Shown: one piece after another, positions 61,772 to 64,000 of the stretch
Layout: every line of letters begins with the position of its first letter
Position numbering within the stretch: position 1 is the first letter of the stretch
Assembly (NCBI GenBank): GCA_963708025.1
Contig: CAVPSB010000034.1
Location: 32,001-96,000 of the forward strand
DNA from: an uncultured Candidatus Rokubacteria bacterium
Lineage (GTDB): Bacteria > Methylomirabilota > Methylomirabilia > Rokubacteriales > DASRDR01
Direction: 5' to 3'
Length of the DNA stretch: 64,000 nt
Position numbers and translations under genes: made by a program
The notes under the pieces: model-generated
What the model saw: only the letters and a program-made list of their open reading frames with translations
The model's database searches: none
Told to the model about the DNA's origin: nothing

Positions 61772-62589
61772 CCCGCGATCCTCTCGCGCGCCGGGATGCC
61801 AGCGGCGTCGAGGTCGCGCTCCCGCCGCGTCCCGCCCGGATCGTCTCCCTCGTCCCCAGCATCACCGAGTTGCTCTTCGACCTCGGGCTCGACGCGCGCA
61901 TCGTCGGCATCACGCGCTTCTGAATCGAGCCACGGGGCCGGGTGGCCTCGAAGGCGAAGGTCGGGAGGGAGAAGGACCCGGATGTCGCGAAGATCTGCGC
62001 GCTGTCGCCCGACCTCGTGGTTGCCAACATCGAGGAGAACCGACGCGACGTGGTCGAGCAGCTCCGCGGCGCGGGCATCCCGGTCTGGGTGACGTTCCCC
62101 CGCACCGTGCGCGACGGGATCCGGCTCATCCGCGAGCTGGGGGAGGTGGCCGGCGCCCGAGCCGAGGCGGAGGCGCTGGCGACCCCGCTCGAGGAGCGCT
62201 ACCAGGCGACGGTCTCGGCCACTGGCGGCCGGCCGGCCGCCCGCGTCTTCTGCCCGATCTGGCGCGGCCCGTACATGACCATCGGCCGCGACACGTACGT
62301 CCACGACATGCTCGCCGTCTGCGGGGGCGCCAGCGTCTTCGCCGATCGGCCGGAGCGTTACCCGACGGTGACCCTCGAGGAGGTGGCGGCGGCCGCCCCC
62401 GAGGTCATCCTGCTGCCCGACGAGCCGTTTCGGTTCCGGCCTCCGCACCGGGCGGACTTCGAGGCCTTCCCCGGGATGCCCGCGGTCGCGGCCGGCCGGA
62501 TCCGCTTCGTGGACGGGAAGCTGCTGTCCTGGTACGGCCGCCGGATCGGCGAGGCGCTGGAGCGCCTCCCGCCGCTACTCCGCGCCTAG
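61768..62589 (+). CDS. BtuF-like helical backbone metal receptor with in-frame TGA at codon 52 (candidate selenocysteine)
   Basis: 'RIVSLVPSITELLFDLG...GITRF*IEP...PDLVVANIEEN...DGKLLSWYG' all in one frame. Confidence 0.85.
61933..61950 (+). promoter_or_regulatory. Putative bacterial SECIS hairpin
   Basis: CGGGGCC-GGGT-GGCCTCG; 16 nt separate the TGA from the loop. Confidence 0.5.
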
Positions 62590-63107
62590 CGCAGCTCCAG
62601 GATCAGCTCCACCTCGACCGGCATGTTGCCCGCGAGGCCGCGGGCCGGGCGGAGCCAGACGACCGGCGGCGAGGTGGGGCCGAAGGCCCGACCGACCAGC
62701 GCGAGCGCGTCGCGGCAGAGATCGAGGCCGGGAGCGCCGTCCGCGGCATCGACGAAGCAGGTGAGCGCGACGCAGCGACGGGCGCCGGCCAGCGAGCCCA
62801 GGGCCGCCTGGGCGACGGCGAGGGCGTTGAGGGTGGCCAGGCGGAGGGCGGCGCGAGCCTGGCGTCGCGACACCTCGCGGCCGACCCGGCCGCGGTAGAC
62901 CAGGCGGCCGCCGGCTTCCGGGTCCTGGCCGGAGACGAACAGCAGGCCGCCCGCCGCCACGGCGGGGACGTACTGCGCCGTGGGGACGGGCGGCCGGGGC
63001 AGCCGGAGACGCGCGCGGCTAGCGGCGCCGGCGCGCGGCCGGTCGCTTCGGGCGGCTCGCCGCCTTGCGCGCGGGCGCTGTCTTGCGGGCAGCGGCCGCC
63101 GCGCCAT
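62586..63107 (-). CDS. Divergent RidA/YjgF family protein (start uncertain)
   Basis: 'YVPAVAAGGLLFVSGQ', 'NMPVEVELILE'. Confidence 0.75.
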   Translation of the reverse strand: MARRPLPARQRPRARRRAARSDRPRAGAASRARLRLPRPPVPTAQYVPAVAAGGLLFVSGQDPEAGGRLVYRGRVGREVSRRQARAALRLATLNALAVAQAALGSLAGARRCVALTCFVDAADGAPGLDLCRDALALVGRAFGPTSPPVVWLRPARGLAGNMPVEVELILELR

Positions 63108-63564
63108 CGCTGACCTCCAGGATCATCTCGATCTCCACCGAGATGCCCATCGGCAGCTCGGCCATCCCGACCGCCGAGCGGGCGTGGCGGCCCGCCTCGC
63201 CGAACACATCCACCATCAGGTCGGAGAAGCCGTTGACGACCTTGGGCTGATCGCCGAACCCGCTGGCCGAGTTCACCATGCCGAGCACCTTCACCACCCG
63301 CTTCACGCGGTCGAGGCTCCCCAGGGCTTCCCGGGCGGAGGAGAGCAGGTTCAGCCCGACCAGCCGCGCCGATTGCGCTCCCTCCTCGACCGAGAGCTGG
63401 CTGCCGACCTTGCCGATGAAGCTCAGCTTGCCGTCCTTGTGGGGGCCGTGGCCGGAGAGGAAGAGCAGGTTGCCGACCCGCACCGCGCGAACGTAGTTCG
63501 CCATCGCCGGCGGTGCCGCGGGAAGCTCGATTCCGAGTTGCTTCAGCTTGGCCTCTGCGCCCAT
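63019..63564 (-). CDS. RidA/YjgF family protein with basic C-terminal tail
   Basis: 'ANYVRAVRVGNLLFLSG', 'GRHARSAVG', 'VEIEMI'. Confidence 0.92.
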   Translation of the reverse strand: MGAEAKLKQLGIELPAAPPAMANYVRAVRVGNLLFLSGHGPHKDGKLSFIGKVGSQLSVEEGAQSARLVGLNLLSSAREALGSLDRVKRVVKVLGMVNSASGFGDQPKVVNGFSDLMVDVFGEAGRHARSAVGMAELPMGISVEIEMILEVSDGAAAAARKTAPARKAASRPKRPAARRRR

Positions 63565-63729
63565 GATCTCGCCTCCTGGCTCGTGGGACTCGGTCGGATG
63601 GTAGGATGGCCGCGACAGCGGACCCATCCTAGGGGGGCGCTCAGGACGTGTCAAGCGGCGGGCCGTCCGCAGCGGGCCGTCCGTGAGGAGGCGCACACGA
63701 GCCAGGCGCAAGGCGGGCAGCGAGGGGAG

Positions 63730-64000
63730 CGAGGTGGTCAGCCGGGCGGAAAGCCGCCGGTCGTCGCGCGCGAGGCGGCGACGGTCGTGCTGGCCCGTGA
63801 CGGCGCGGCCGGCGTCGAGGTGCTGCTGCTCGAGCGGCACCCGGGCAATCGCATGGCGCCGGGCGCCCACGCGTTTCCCGGGGGGCGCGTCGAGGCGAGC
63901 GACGCGCCGCCCGACGCCGACCGGCTCTGCCGGGGGCTGACCACCGCGGCCGCCGCCGCCAGCCTCCGGACCGTGACGCCCCCGGAGCGGGCCATCGGCT
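63730..64000 (+). CDS. NUDIX hydrolase, 3' partial (start uncertain)
   Basis: Frame +1 reads 'REAATVVLARDGAAGVEVLLLER...FPGGRVEASD'. Confidence 0.75.

Overview
High-GC bacterial chromosomal window with about 60 CDS or CDS remnants; the gene set and intergenic repeats suggest a Rokubacteria/Methylomirabilota-like soil bacterium (inference only). Many single-base frameshifts point to an error-prone assembly. In order: the tail of a type II ketosynthase/ACP/glycosyltransferase/flavin-halogenase-like cluster with an ABC exporter; a CDP-alcohol transferase-hpnL-hpnJ lipid operon; one TRAP and two ABC importers; leuA; a MocR regulator; a partly deleted myo-inositol locus interrupted by hicBA; trpS; a decayed sulfite reductase/siroheme operon; trpEG; an aldehyde dehydrogenase; a Kef-type antiporter; a SlyD-like PPIase; PolX; and two Rid genes. 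Most notable, and mostly absent from the ORF track: (1) a BtuF-like metal/cobalamin receptor with an in-frame TGA at the usual Cys position, followed by a bacterial-SECIS-like hairpin (candidate selenoprotein); (2) a promoter, a leaderless 62-aa Com-like CxxC/CxxC zinc ribbon, overlapping hairpins and a terminator in front of the sulfite reductase operon (candidate new sulfur-responsive attenuator); (3) leaderless Leu and Trp leader-peptide attenuators; (4) two interlinked intergenic REP/MITE-like repeat families. No rRNA, tRNA, CRISPR array or transposase was seen.
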